NCBI GenBank assembly: GCA_951406725.2
Contig: OX597824.1
Coordinates: forward strand, 50,530,001 to 50,594,000
Origin: Octopus vulgaris
Taxonomy: Eukaryota
Direction: 5' to 3'
Length of the DNA stretch: 64,000 bases
Below the pieces are notes generated by a model. It saw nothing but the letters and a program-made list of their open reading frames with translations. It ran no database searches and was not told the origin of the DNA. The number at the start of each line of letters is the position of its first letter. The first letter of the stretch is position 1. The translations under genes were made by a program, and so were the position numbers. This document shows positions 42,901 through 57,665 of this stretch, piece after piece.

Positions 42901-43578
42901 ACAGAGTATTCCTTGGTACATCATTTCAGTAGGTGCTGTCTCCGTTATATATTTGTTAGTTTGTTTGTTTCTTCACGTCACTATCAACATCGTCATCATT
43001 TTTCATCCTCACTAGCACTAAGTAATCGCTTTACCTGGTTCAAAGAGTAACCAAATCTCTTTCAAACCATAGCCGACCGTCTTGCCGTTTGCCTGTCCAA
43101 ATCATATCCATAAGTTTGTCCTAAGCATACAGGTTTGTTTTTAGACATTCAGTTAGCCTTTGTTTCATACGTTCTGAGCAATATAAAGCTTTTTTCTTTC
43201 TATAAGTTCCAAGTTACTCTGGTGGTTGAAAAACATTGGGAAAGTCAAGCAGATAAGACGCAGATAGTAATGCAGATGAACACAATAAGACTTCATATGT
43301 GTGCGCGCGTGTGTGTGTGCGTGCGTGTGTGTTCTTTTATTCTTTTATTCTGTTATTTGTTTCAGCGGCCATGTTAGAGTACCGCCTTTAGTCGAAAAAA
43401 TCGACCCTGGAATTTATTCTTTGTAAGTCTGGTACTTATTCTATCTGATTATTTTGCCGAATCGCAAAATTGCGGGGACGTAAACGTACCAACATCGGTT
43501 GTGAAGTGATGGTGGGGAGAACAAACGCAGACACATAAACATATACATACATACATAAATACATAAATACATACATAT

Positions 43579-43683
<105 letters not shown>

Positions 43684-43698
43684 TATATACATATACAC

Positions 43699-43737
<39 letters not shown>

Positions 43738-43752
43738 CAATGAAATTCCAGC

Positions 43753-43979
43753 TCTGATTTTCACGTTTTATTATTTGCAATCTCTAGAATTTTACAAAAT
43801 GAAATAAAGTAGTGCTTTCGTGCGTTACGCAATCATCAGGTATATGTAAAGACAGTTGCTAATTGTGGAACAGGACTGTCACTACATACATCTGGTGATC
43901 GCGTAACGTATGAAGGTACTAGTTTATTTCATTATTGTAAAATTGTAAAACTTGCAAATATTAAAACGTGAAAATCAGA
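43753..43979. other. 227-nt rod-like inverted repeat with an HHR core on the minus strand
   Basis: Arms 43753-43858 / 43874-43979. Minus strand CUGAUGA UUGCG uaa CGCAC GAAA GCAC UA. Flanked by TA tracts. Confidence 0.8.
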
Positions 43980-44033
43980 CTTAGTTAGAATGCCATGATT
44001 AATATATTCTTCAATACACAATCTTACAAACCG

Positions 44034-44107
<74 letters not shown>

Positions 44108-44696
44108 CTATATCTATATCTATCTATCTATCTATCTATCTATCTGTATCTCTCTCTCTCTCTCGATATATATAAAACACAAAAATGTAGAATAAAATAT
44201 GAAGAAAATATATAATTTCTTAACTCGACACCTTTTGCAGGAAGCTCAGAATTACAATAATCATACTTCGTTGGTGAAATGTGCAAAAAGCCATTTGTAG
44301 CGCTCGTTAGTCGCATGAAGATATTGGAGTAAGTCCGGCTCACTTCCTCCAGAGATGCATGGACGGCAGAGAGATATGTCTTGTGTATCACATGTGATAC
44401 ATAGGACAGGCAAAAAAAGGGGGGAAAATGGAGACTCTGAGAGGTTTCTGCATAGAAGAAAAAGACGAAATGATTACTGCAAAGTTGAAGTGTCTTTGAT
44501 CATAGGTTTGCAGCGGATCGTCATCACCACTGTCATTTATCACCATCATCATTATAATCATCATCACTACCACCACCACTACCACGACCATCACTACCAC
44601 CATCATCATCATCATCATCATCGTCATCATCGTCATCATCACCATCATCATTATCATAAACACCACCACCACCGCCGCCGCTGCCGCTGCCGTCGC

Positions 44697-44738
<42 letters not shown>

Positions 44739-45303
44739 TACCGTCGTCATCAATAGTATCTACATTATTATCACAACCGCTATCATCATCTCCAAAAGGT
44801 CGATGACCAGCATCCTCACTACCGCTCTCACAAGCACTATCGCTACCCTCCACCATTACCATCCCCTCTCCTTCCCTTGTCGTTGTCATCCTCCTCCTCG
44901 TAATCATCCTCATGGTCATCATGATCGCCAGTGTCCATACCATCATCATCATCATCATCATCACCACCACCACCACCACGTCTTTGCTAGCCTTGTCCAA
45001 TCCATTGATATAATCGTCATCATTATCATCATAATACTGACTATGACAATCGCTGTCATCCTCCTCTCTCATCCTCCTCTGCGTTTTACCATAAACATTG
45101 TCATCTCCACATCACTCTCATAAAGGTCATTATCAACATCATCTTTATATCATCACTAAACCACCTTCACCTCTATTGCTCTCTTCGTCCTCGTCATCGT
45201 CATCATCGTCACCACCAGCACCAGCACCACCAACACCACCAAAACCACCACCACCACCACCACCACCACCACCACCACCACCACCACCACCACCACCACC
45301 ACC

Positions 45304-45337
<34 letters not shown>

Positions 45338-45605
45338 TCACCTACATCATCCTCATCGCCACCATCAATACGATCGTCGACGTCGTCGTCGTCACCTTCG
45401 TCTTGTAATAATCACACTTTTGCTTATTTTGTATTTTGTATAGAGTATCAGTGAGCGAGTAGGGCGGGAACACGAATTTATTTGATACTAAATAAATATG
45501 TAAGGGATATAAGATGAAAGAAAAGAATTAATATATTTGTATGTGTGTGTTTAAATGGTTATTAACAAAGTCATGATATATGTTATAGTATGTGTGTATG
45601 TATGA

Positions 45606-45670
<65 letters not shown>

Positions 45671-45696
45671 CATACATATATACGCGCCTCTCTCTC

Positions 45697-45815
<119 letters not shown>

Positions 45816-45839
45816 ATTTATATTACTCTTTTACTCTTT

Positions 45840-46039
45840 TACTCTTTTACTTGTTTCAGTCATTTGACTGCGGCCATGCTGGAGCACCGCCTTTAGTCGA
45901 GCAAATCGACCCCGGGACTTATTCTTTGTAAGCCCTGTACTTATTCTATCGGTCTCTTTTGCCGAACCGCTAAGTGGCGGGTACGTAAACATACCACCAT
46001 CGGTTGTCAAGCAATGCTAGTGGGACAATCACAGACACA

Positions 46040-46131
<92 letters not shown>

Positions 46132-46300
46132 TACGACAGGCTTCTTTTCAGTTTCCGTCTACCAAATCCACTCACAAGGCATTGGTCGGCCCGGGGCTAT
46201 AGCAGAAGACACTTGCCCAAGATGCCACGCAGTGGAACTGAACCCGGAACCACGTGGATGGTTAGCAAGCTACTTACCACACAGCTACTCCTGCGCCTAT
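45840..46300 (-). mobile_element. Well-preserved octopus-type SINE with internal (CA)n(TA)n
   Basis: ttacttgtttcagtcatttgactgcggccatgctggagcaccgcctttagtcgagcaaatcgacccc... and a tRNA-like head (minus: GTAGCTGTGTGGTAAG...GGTTCCGGGTTCAGTTCC). Confidence 0.85.
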
Positions 46301-46575
46301 GCATGTATGCGTATGTCGTTCTCTTCGTCATCATCATCACCCACATCATCCTCATCATCACCATCATCACAATCGTCGCCGTCGTCTTGTTATAACCACA
46401 CATGTTTATTTTGTAATATGATTGTAGAATAGAGTATCAGTGATCGAGTAGGGAGGGGACACGAATTTATTTGATATAAATCGCTTTTTGGTGTGTAAAT
46501 CTATCTAGCTGTCTATGTATGTATGTATGTATGTATGTATGTATGTATGTATGTATGTATCTATCTATCTATCTA

Positions 46576-46720
<145 letters not shown>

Positions 46721-46774
46721 TGTGTATGTGTGTATCAAATGAAATAACATGAAAAACAGGGCACCAAGGATGTC

Positions 46775-46865
46775 GCGGTACATATATTTCGAGCTTTATA
46801 AAACAACTTATTCTTACATCAATGCATAATCGACATAACATAGTTCAAAAGCCCTCTTCAGCCGC
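46775..46865 (-). ncRNA. Type I hammerhead ribozyme with intact core
   Basis: GCGG CUGAAGA GGGCUUU [~50 nt] AAAGCUC GAAA UAUAUG UA CCGC; stem I GCGG/CCGC, 7-bp stem II, GUA cleavage triplet. Confidence 0.8.
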
Positions 46866-47314
46866 ATGCAATTGCTACACCAAAGACTTGTATCATATTA
46901 TGAAAGGTTTGAGAAAGAACATTTGGTATTATTTATAATGGTAAGTAAACCGAGTATCACTGGGAAAGTATGTTTGTAAATCTTCATAATCAAATAGGCG
47001 TACAGGACTGAGTAAACGGATCTTCTCTGAGCACACGCCTGTAGATTAAGGGAAAAGGATAAGGAGAGAGCATCGTGCTTTAGTGGTGAGGTTCGCCTGG
47101 TTTTTGTTTTGCTTCGTTTTTTGAGAGTTTTAGACAAGAGAGCGTCGGAAATTACCCCAGATTTGTGGAAATTATTCCTTGTTTGAACTTTTTCCTTTTT
47201 ATCGTTAACAAAACTACATGTAATCTCACATGTTATCATCTTGTACTGTCCTAGATCTTTTTGTAAACCTTAAGTGGTTAACAAAGAAATCTTTATTGTT
47301 ATCATTATTATTAC

Positions 47315-47735
47315 TAAAGTAGCAAGCTGGCAGAATCGTCGGCACACTGAGGCAAAATCTTAGCAGCATTTCACCCAATTCCACCGGGGTCACCTTTTCC
47401 TTTCATCCTTTCGTAGTTGATAAAATAAGTACTAGTTGAACACTGGGGTCGATGTACCCGACTTAGCCCCCTCCCTCGAAATTGCTGGCTTTGAGCTAAA
47501 ACCTGAAACCATTATCAATACTAAGGCATCGAGTATCAGAATCGTTAACACGTTGGGCAAAATGCTTAGCGGTATTTCGTCCATCTTTACGTTCTGTGTT
47601 CAAATTCCGCCTAGGTTGACTTTGCCTTTCATTCTTTCGGGGTCGATAAATTAAGTAGCAATGAAACACTGGGGTCGATGTAATCGGCTAGTCCCCATCC
47701 CCAAATTTCAGGCCTTGTGCTTTTAGTAGAAAGGA
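47315..47735 (+). mobile_element. Two tandem Nin-like SINE copies
   Basis: ctggcagaatcg...cctttcatcctttcg..gataaaataagtac..cactggggtcgatgta is repeated at ~47320 and ~47525. Confidence 0.7.
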
Positions 47736-48428
47736 TTATTTTTATTATTGCAATGGAAAAAGATGAAAAAGAAATCAATGGCGCAACGGACTTGGGGGTT
47801 TTACCGTAATTTGCAAAGTTCCTATACGTTGTAAGCTCAAATTCCTCAAAATTTCTTCTTTGCTTTTCATTCTTCCGAAGACGTTAAAATAAGGGCTCTC
47901 CTCCCCTGCTAATCAAAGAGTGTACTCGATTTAATCGTCTAAACTCATACTCAATCCCCACCCTTCGCAAGAAGAATTATGACCTTATGTCAACGTTAAA
48001 ATAAATAAACAAATAAAACATTATTATTGTTATCACCATCGTTAATGTTGCTCTCCGTCTGCAGTTTTTCAATAAAAACAATTTGCTGTTACATTCACCT
48101 CTGTAATGGCTTACCGAAGTCTCAATGCCTCTCTCACAACACGCTCGCTCGTTTTTCCTCCTCCTTACACACGCCTACACTCCCCCCAAACATAATGTAT
48201 TGATAACCCCCTACTAAATACGTTCAGTTGCCCTTTAGCACGTATTGTTTGCTTTCTTCTGAAGCGTATTTAATGCTTTTTTTATTTTTTACTTTTCTTC
48301 TATTTTTTAATTATTTTTTATGGTCTGTTTGTGTGTGCTTTTCTTTTCGATTTTTAACCATTTATCCCCCTTCAATGATGACTTCGGCTACATATTTGGT
48401 AGCTATCACTGTTGCTGCTACCACCACC

Positions 48429-48527
<99 letters not shown>

Positions 48528-48532
48528 GCACA

Positions 48533-48588
<56 letters not shown>

Positions 48589-49202
48589 GCTGTTGCTACG
48601 TTGTTGCTACTGATGATGATGATGTCGATGGCAATGACGACCATGAACAACTATGATGAAAATAATACAGCTCTTATCAAAGTTGTATTTTTTTATCGTA
48701 ATTTTTGGGATTGGCTTCTTTAGTAAAGCGCTGGACTAAATGATTTGTAGTAATAATTTCGTTACGTCTCTCCACGTTCCGAGTTCAAATCTTGCAAGAG
48801 TATTTATAACTTTGTATTTCATTCTTGCGCAGGTCGAAAAATATCTGTCAAGTAATGACTCCGACGGAGCTCCCATACAGACGTTGTGATCGGCAGCTTG
48901 TTGTTGTTGTTATTACTGCAAGGGATAATGGTAAGCAGGAAGAAGCGCATGTATATATGACCGGTTAGCTCAGTTGGATTGCGCATCGGGCTAATAACGC
49001 GAATGTCGTGAGATTGGACCCCATACTGGCCAAATATTTAATTTTATAGATGCAGGTATGGGTGCATGGTTACGAAGCTCGCTTTGCACCCACGTCGTTT
49101 CGAGTTCAGTCCAACAGCGCGGCACACTGGGCAAGAGTATTCTACTCCAGCCCCGAGTTAGCCAATGCCTTGTGAGTGAATTTGGCTGACTGAAGTCCGT
49201 CG

Positions 49203-49270
<68 letters not shown>

Positions 49271-49417
49271 AACTGTTTAAGCCACTGGACTGCGGTCTTA
49301 CTGGGGACAATCCCTTCTTATTTTAAGTCTGGTACATATTCTATCGATTTCTTTTGCCGGACGACGTAAAGTAACCAAACCGGGTGTTAAATGATGGAGA
49401 AAGACAAACATAACGCA

Positions 49418-49512
<95 letters not shown>

Positions 49513-49513
<1 letters not shown>

Positions 49514-49912
49514 CCAAGAGAGTTAGAGGTTGTGAATCCAACCAACTAAGGGATAATTTCTATTCAATATATTGCTGGTAGAATACCCAATTAATAAACC
49601 AATTAATATTAATAAACCCAAGTACCTTAATCTTATCTACCACATACTTCAGTTCACTGAAGGGATGGAAGTAAAGTGGGATACTGTGCCCTCTTGGCTG
49701 AAACAGCTGCAAGATACTATTCTACTTCCTATGCTATACATTATATATTTTAATAATTACTGGTATTTTTTATATATTATATATGTAAAGCATAATATGT
49801 TATACATGTATGTATATTGTTATAATGGTTTTTAAAAAATAAATAAATAGACATAATATAATGTCTAAAAGTTGATGAATAACACCTCTTGATCCCTTCA
49901 TTTTCTTATTGC
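49513..49912 (+). mobile_element. 5'-inverted copy of the long-loop HHR family (3' half of the ribozyme only)
   Basis: 49616-49912 matches 55656-55950, including CTCTTGGCT GAAA CAGCTG CA AGAT. 49515-49600 is a reverse-complement homologue of 23960-24047. Confidence 0.6.
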
Positions 49913-50023
49913 TGTATATATATATATATGAGTGTGTGTATGTATGTATATGCATATAAATGTTTATGTATATATATATATATATATATATAAATATATA
50001 AAAATATATAAATATATATATAA

Positions 50024-50058
<35 letters not shown>

Positions 50059-50061
50059 TTG

Positions 50062-50258
50062 GAAATATGAATAGAAATGGCTTTTCTAATGGTTTTTCCA
50101 CTTAATTATTTGATGTACATAAATTATTAAAGTGGGAAAAATACCAGAAAAGCCATTCTATTCATTTTCTCAAATAAATAATACTATACCAAGGATTTTC
50201 TAAGTCATAACTTTGGCTGAGGAAACATAAAAAAAGGTCGAAACAGCGCGGTATCTTA
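50062..50258 (+). other. ~105-nt hairpin followed by a degenerate HHR-like motif
   Basis: ATGAATAGAAATGGCTTTTCT..TTTTTCCACTT / AAGTGGGAAAAA..AGAAAAGCCATTCTATTCAT, then CTGAGGA..AGGTC GAAA CAGCGCGG TA (50217-50253). Confidence 0.55.
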
Positions 50259-50380
50259 AAATCTACTTACATCGGTGAACTGCATATGTGTTATGAGATA
50301 CATTGTCGAAAATGTGCAGGTGTTTTCCACTGACGAGAAACAATAGCTTTCAGTTATTCACGTTTGAATGTGTCAGAACG

Positions 50381-50647
50381 CATGGGCTCGGGAACAGGGA
50401 CTGCAGGGGCTGCAAGTGCACCTCTTAAATTTTATGTGGGATGCAAAATCAAAAGTTGCACTAATAATTCCTTTTCTCAGGTTTAGAAAACCATGCGTAA
50501 AAAGTGATCTACAATAAGTAGCTTGAAATTAGGTTTCTTCTGAAAGAACAAAGAAAAAAGTAAATAAAATAAACAATAAAACTTTGCTTGTAAAACATTT
50601 TGAACCTGGGTTTGCATCTCCTGAAAAATGTCCTTCCCAAACCAGTG
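50381..50647. mobile_element. hAT-like MITE
   Basis: 8-bp TSD (T/C)CAGAACG and imperfect TIRs CATGGGCTCGGGAA / TTCCCAAACCAGTG. Confidence 0.65.
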
Positions 50648-51322
50648 CCAGAACGTACTTAAAGTGAATAGATAAACTGCTGTTTCGCTTCTTGCTGTTT
50701 TGCGAGCACCTCCTGAATTATTATCTATTCTTATAAAGTTTTATAAGCAAAAAGTTCGTAAAAGAATTCTCGATATTCTCAACACCTTCTGTTACTCTTT
50801 GATGTTACTGTACTTGTTTCCTGCATAAGCACAAATTGTTAAAACTCCATTTTGCTATCCGATGATGACGACATCACAAGATATTTTATTGTAGCGAGAA
50901 CTAAAACACGACCTTGTGACAAGAGAAGCATGTCCGGTAAGTTGACTCATCAATTCACCGTTTTTTATTTTCAATAAAATAGTTTTTAACTATAAGTGAT
51001 GAGATACTATGGATATATTTTCTCGGTAAACTTTCCTCGCGGTGAAATTTTCTCACGATGAACTTCCTTCACGCTGAGTTAATGGCGGTGAACTTACCCG
51101 CGATGGATTGATGGTGATGAACTTACCTGTAATACAAGGGAAGGTATATTTAGTAGTTCTATGTATTTGCGTTAATTTACAAAACTGTCTTATTTCCTGT
51201 CCTTTTGCTTTATCTTACACATGTATGTGTACGTGTGTTGTATGTATACGTGTGTGTGTATGTTTGTGTGTGTGTGTGTGCGCGCGGGCATAACTGCAAA
51301 TGTATATATGCATGTTTTTAAA

Positions 51323-51364
<42 letters not shown>

Positions 51365-52189
51365 CATACATATATATATATATTCTTTTATTCTTTTACT
51401 TGTTTCAGTCATTTGACTACGGCATACACACACACACACACACATACACACACTATACATATATATGTGTGTGTGTGTAAATGTGTGAGCTCTATATAGA
51501 AATAGAGATATAAAACGTGTGCGTATGGGTGTTGACGTGTGTGTGTGTGTGCGTGTTTTTACGCGTATGTGTGTGTTTGTGTGTGCTTATGTGTGCGTGT
51601 TCGTTTGTTTGTTTGTTACGAGGTAGACAATGAACGTGAGAAAGTAGGCTAAAGAAGCAGTTAGTTGAGCGACAGATAAAAACTAAAGAAACAGGAATCG
51701 ACGTGATGGCGGTGGTGTGGTGAGAAAAGTGGGCATATGAAAATTAAGGGTGCTGCGCCGAACCCCAAATCAAATATTCCTGATGCACGTGCAGCCACTT
51801 GAATCTATCACAGCTTATTTAATGTTGTTATTGTTGGTGTTGTGTTGTTTTGTTTGTGTAGAGTTTTTCTTTCTATTTTTTTCTGGAAGGTGGGTGGCGA
51901 GGTGTATATGTTCCAGGCATGATGTCTATGTAACAGTGTCTATATTGTTGCTGGTTGTTATTGTAGTTATTGTTGTTGCTCTTGTCATTGTTTACGTTAT
52001 TGTTGTTGATTATTTTACTTTTTGCTAGGGCGAGAAAATGAAATATTGGTGTCCATTGACAGAAACTGATGTTGTTATCGTTGTAATTTAGCCTCGAGGC
52101 TTGCCTTGATTGATCAGACGTATGACCAATGGAAGTTGCAGCCGTGACCATCCCGGTTTTTTCTTTTATTTTTGTCTGTGTATGTCAAG

Positions 52190-53230
52190 GAGTAAATTGT
52201 CTCATGTAACGTAGCGGTTTCGATCCCGTCTTCGGAGGCGTCTGGCTAGCGATCATGCTAAAGGTTACTATATCAGAACAGTCAAGTGTGTCCTCTTTCA
52301 TCGCTCCTCTGCGTTTTTGCTCTTAAACAACTGCTGCGGATGCTAGAGGTGTTGACTTCATCCTGTTTGAACTTGGACGTGGAAAGTTGTATCATGGGAA
52401 TAAAAGAATTAAACCATCATAATAGTGCCGGGTTCTTAGCATATCGAGGTGATAGACACCAAGTAGAAAGAAAATGAGAGGGGTACAGAAACAAGCAATA
52501 ACTAGAAGACGATGAGCTTTCAGTGCGGTACCTGAAGAGGCAGTTCCATATTTATGCCCACCAGCTAACAGTTAACACAACGTCCATTGACACAAAAGCA
52601 AGGTTCCCGCCCCCTCCCAAAGAAAAGACAAGATAAAAAATGGCATGTGCTGTGTTTGAGTACTGATCCCCAACTACTGAAGAACTGAGACGAGATGTTA
52701 CTAACCGAGTGAGTAGTCTGACTCAAAATTGAGCTTCTGGTAGGAATGTATTCTTAAAAGGACGAGTTAAGTTGGCGAACGCCGCCAACATCAAGTCCGT
52801 AATTACTTATCGCCTGTTCACTGCGCTCTGCTCTGGGTCGCAACCGTCCAAGCTGGAGTATCTGCTCTTTCATTTCCTGGATACGAATTGAGTTCACCTG
52901 GTCGATAAGTTTATTCAGTACCATAAATGTCTGTTCGGAGGGTTCAGTGATATTGTAGCATTTGTTAGAATTCCTTTAGAGTGAACATGTGTGGTTTGTA
53001 TATATAAAACAGTTCGTGATTTTGACGGAGCTGCAGTCCCAGTACAAGATTAAACTAAAATTGAAGGTCTGTTATCTAGAATATTGTTAGGAGGTCACAA
53101 GTCGTGTAATAGAACGTCCACATTAGCATTCTAAAAACTGTCAGCGGGGGACATGAATAACGACGTTCTCATGGAGGCTCTTGATATCGGCGGAAATCAA
53201 CCAAATAACTTATTTTTGATATATTTTGGC
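52190..53230 (+). mobile_element. Highly degenerate Tx1/L1-like LINE RT fragment
   Basis: CPLSSLLCVFALKQLLRML resembles QGCPLSPLLYxLALEPL; LKGRVKLAN lies downstream. Confidence 0.5.
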
Positions 53231-53299
53231 TCAGTGTAACCAAGGGTGGGGATTTGCTGGTTCGGGGTCAATATGTTCAGAAGGTAACGAATTCTTTCT

Positions 53300-53720
53300 T
53301 CATTCACCCATTCAGTGCTAGAGTTGTCAGGTTCAGTTTTATCCCCCACGCTCCACCTCCTACAAATCTCTTAATGACTCACTTATCGGTACTTCCGATA
53401 ACGTCCACGCTTATGCATTCTGACATGACGCTTTATGCCATCCAAATTTTTCCCAGTTATGCATTATCCACTAGCAGCATAAACAGCACACGCAAAACGT
53501 GCAATGATTTCACATCCTCAGAACTGATCTTTCTCATTAAGGCCAGAGGATATTACAGCCCTCAACATCTCCTGACACTCTACAAACCTTGAGTGTAGCC
53601 CACAATGAAGTATTGCTTCCACATCTGCTGCGGTGCTGCTGCTAAATACAGAGACATCTTGGGCCGCATCCAGAAAGTTTACAGGCCACTTGACTGATTG
53701 TTCTTCGACCACTAACGGGC
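53300..53720 (+). mobile_element. CR1/Jockey-group LINE fragment (post-RT region)
   Basis: KARGYYSPQHLLTLYK..V.PTMKYCFHI resembles LYKxxVRPxLEYCxxxW. Confidence 0.55.
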
Positions 53721-53858
53721 AAGCTAAAGTTTACACACACACACACATACACACACACAAACACACACACATACACACACAAACACACACACACGCATAC
53801 ACATAGACACACACATACACATGTATGTAAGTATGTATGTACATATGTATGTATGTAC

Positions 53859-53889
<31 letters not shown>

Positions 53890-54144
53890 TGTATGTATGT
53901 ATGTATGTATGTATGTATGTATGTATGTATGTATGTATGTATGTATGTGTGTGTGTGTGTGTCTATGTGTGTGCGTTTGTCTTCTACGTCCCCGTAACTT
54001 AGCGATTCAGCAAAAGAGTCCGATAGAGTAAGTCCTAGGCTTTAAAAAAATAAGTCGTAGCGTCGATTTGTTCGACTAAAATCCTTCAAGGCGGTCCTCT
54101 AGAATCTCTGCAGTCAAATAACTGAAGCAAGTAAAAGATAAAAG

Positions 54145-54897
<753 letters not shown>

Positions 54898-55261
54898 CAC
54901 ACATGTATTGTTGCCTAATTTGTTTTATGTTATCGGTTATCAATTAACCAACCAAAACAAAGTCAAGGCCTTTCAAAACAATAGATGACCAATTGGATTA
55001 CGCGACAGAACAAAAATACCCCCCCACTTCCCGCAGGATTTCAACTACTCCATAAACAAAAAGCAACAGAGAAATAAACATATTACATGTTTATATGAAT
55101 ATGTATATGTTTGTGTATTATTGTTATAATTATATAATTATAATGATACGAACTTCTGCATAAATTCTCCCTTCTAAACACGTCTAATACGTATGTACCC
55201 ATGAGTATATTTGAACGGAAATATATATGTATATATATATATGTATATATATATATGTATG

Positions 55262-55296
<35 letters not shown>

Positions 55297-55631
55297 GTAT
55301 ATGTGTGCATATATGTGTATGCCTCATGTATATACAGTTTCATTCTTACACAACTAAAATAATCTTAAGATATATTAATTTTATAAATTACAATATTACT
55401 CCTCTTATAATAACTTTCTCATACCTCTGTTTATATTTTATCTATTATGAATAATATAATGCATCTAATAATAATAATTGATTCATGTGTATGCATATAC
55501 ATTCACATGTGCATGTACATTTATGTGTAGGTATATGTATATATGTATATTTTTGTATATGTATGTATATGTAAAAGTATGTATATGTGTGTGTATTTAT
55601 ATTTATCACTTAACCTTATGTATTTTCTAAA

Positions 55632-55755
55632 ATCTTTGACGATGCCTAGAGAAACACCCAAGTACCTCAATTACATCTACTAATTACTTCAGTGTACCGG
55701 AGGGATAAAAGTAGAATGAGGTATTATTGCCTCTTGGCTGAAACAGCTGTAAGAT
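55632..55755 (+). ncRNA. Long-stem-II hammerhead (C3 mutated)
   Basis: AUCU UUGACGA UGCCUAGAG...CUCUUGGCU GAAA CAGCUG UA AGAU, with a hairpin inside loop II (UACCUCA..UCUACU / AGUAGA..UGAGGUA). Confidence 0.65.
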
Positions 55756-55967
55756 ATTATCCCAATTTCTATTGCTCTATGTTATATACTTTAATAATTA
55801 CTGCTATTTTATATATTATATATGTAAAGCATGTTATACATGTATGTATATTGTTATAATTGTCCTTTTAGTAAATAAATAAATTGACATAGTATAATGT
55901 CAAAAAGTTGATGAATACCACCTATTAATCCCCTCCATTTTCGTATTGCTCTTTCTCTCTTCCTCTC

Positions 55968-56011
<44 letters not shown>

Positions 56012-56016
<5 letters not shown>

Positions 56017-56780
56017 CAAATTTATAGAAAAACAAAGACGAAGGCAGGTGTAGGAACAACAAACAAATGTATAAGTTTAACGCTCAGGAGAAATAGAAAA
56101 GACTTTTATTTTTCGAGCTTACGCTCTTCGACGAAAAGGAATAAGAGGAAATAAATAGAAATTCAATGAAACGTGTTGCATTCAGTGGTCCACCATGGCG
56201 AATAATCGGGAAAAAAAAGAGATTGAATGAAAGGGGATAATAATAGAGAGAGGTTGAATGAAGGGGAGATAATTCATGGTGATCCCAACAAGAGGAAGTG
56301 CGCAAGCTTTTGTGTGGGGGCGAGTGGGCTTGACGTGTGTATGCGCGAGCAATGTGTGTGTGTGTACGTGTGTGTGTATGTGTCCTTTTGTGTAGTAGTT
56401 GTTGTGTGCATTTTCACGTGGTGTGTGCACATGTATATGTGTGTGTGTGTCACTGTGACCAAAGTGCATGTGTAAAGTGTATGTATGCGGGCGAAAATTA
56501 TCTTTGTCTATGTGTTTAGGCGTGTTATGTGTGTGTATGTGTGTATGTGTGGTGTGTGAAGTGAGTAATGAGTGGAACAGTGTGTATGGGTGTGTGTATA
56601 GTGGTGCGTGTCGGTGAGGGTAGCAGTGTGTATGGGTATGTGTATAGTGGTGCCAGCCGAAATTGCGAAGATGATCCAGTTCTTGACTGAAGATTGAAGG
56701 CTTCGAATGTCCGTGTTTTTTGTATCGTATTCTAAATGTTTCACGTTCTTGTCCCAGTTTGCATTTTTTTACATTTACAC
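56012..56780 (-). mobile_element. PLE 3' remnant of the 12954/14136 family
   Basis: 56020-56145 matches the pLTR, including CGUCGAAGAGCguaaGCUCGAAA. The upstream part is decayed. Confidence 0.5.
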
Positions 56781-56790
56781 ACACACACAA

Positions 56791-56823
<33 letters not shown>

Positions 56824-56992
56824 GGATACTGGTACAACAAAGCACCAATATTCACTAGAAATAGCAGTCGATAATATACGACGCTATAGTAAAGCTTCAC
56901 TGTATGTATAAATATATATATAAATAAATAAATATATAAATATCACGTGATATATCTACACACATACATACATACATACATACATACATACA

Positions 56993-57023
<31 letters not shown>

Positions 57024-57074
57024 TGGCGATTTTTTTCCTCTGTCTTCCCTTCTCGGGATATTTCCTTCTCCGAT

Positions 57075-57109
57075 GTTTCCGACGAAGAGCTCCGCCCGAA
57101 ACGTTAAAC
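57075..57109 (+). ncRNA. Minimal type I hammerhead (CCGACGA core)
   Basis: GUUU CCGACGA A GAGC ucc GCCC GAAA CG UU AAAC; same family as 14379-14413. Confidence 0.6.
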
Positions 57110-57334
57110 CCTCTTTCTTCCCTTCTTTCCTGAGCGTCCAATAATACTATATTTGTTCCATGTCCTCACGTTGTTGTGTTTTTTTGTGTTTTCTTGTTTG
57201 GATTAACTTTATATATATATATATATATATACACATATATGAAACTGGCAAAAATGCTTGAGGGCGGTGATCATAAAAATTTCAAATTATCTGTATGAAG
57301 AACATAAAATACATGTACAAACCAGATATGGATA

Positions 57335-57408
57335 ATCTAGAAACTAGGTTTCGAACTTACCAAATTAAGTTTGTTAACGTAAATTTGATTAGTTCTCATC
57401 AGCTAGAT
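57335..57408 (-). ncRNA. Type I hammerhead (helix III mutated)
   Basis: AUCUAG CUGAUGA GAACU...AGUUC GAAA CCUAGU UU CUAGAU. Confidence 0.75.
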
Positions 57409-57665
57409 TCACTTACACAAAGTTTCAAATGTCGCTACATCAATGCCAGTATTTACTCGTTTGAACGCCTAGCCGTTAACATACCGAGAACAGTGAAACA
57501 GTTTTCAAAGAAAAAATTGAATAGTGCAATACAGTAGTATTGCTACACAGTAAAACAAACCACCATCAGCTTAAAGTATAAATATAGGATAGTGGTACAA
57601 CAGATCACCAATATTTACTGGAAATAGCAGTTGATAATATACGACGCTATAGTAGAGCTTCACTG

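Noticed and set aside
46898-47239. 113-aa minus-strand ORF upstream of the 46775 HHR
   Set aside because: No recognisable motif; cannot be supported as coding.
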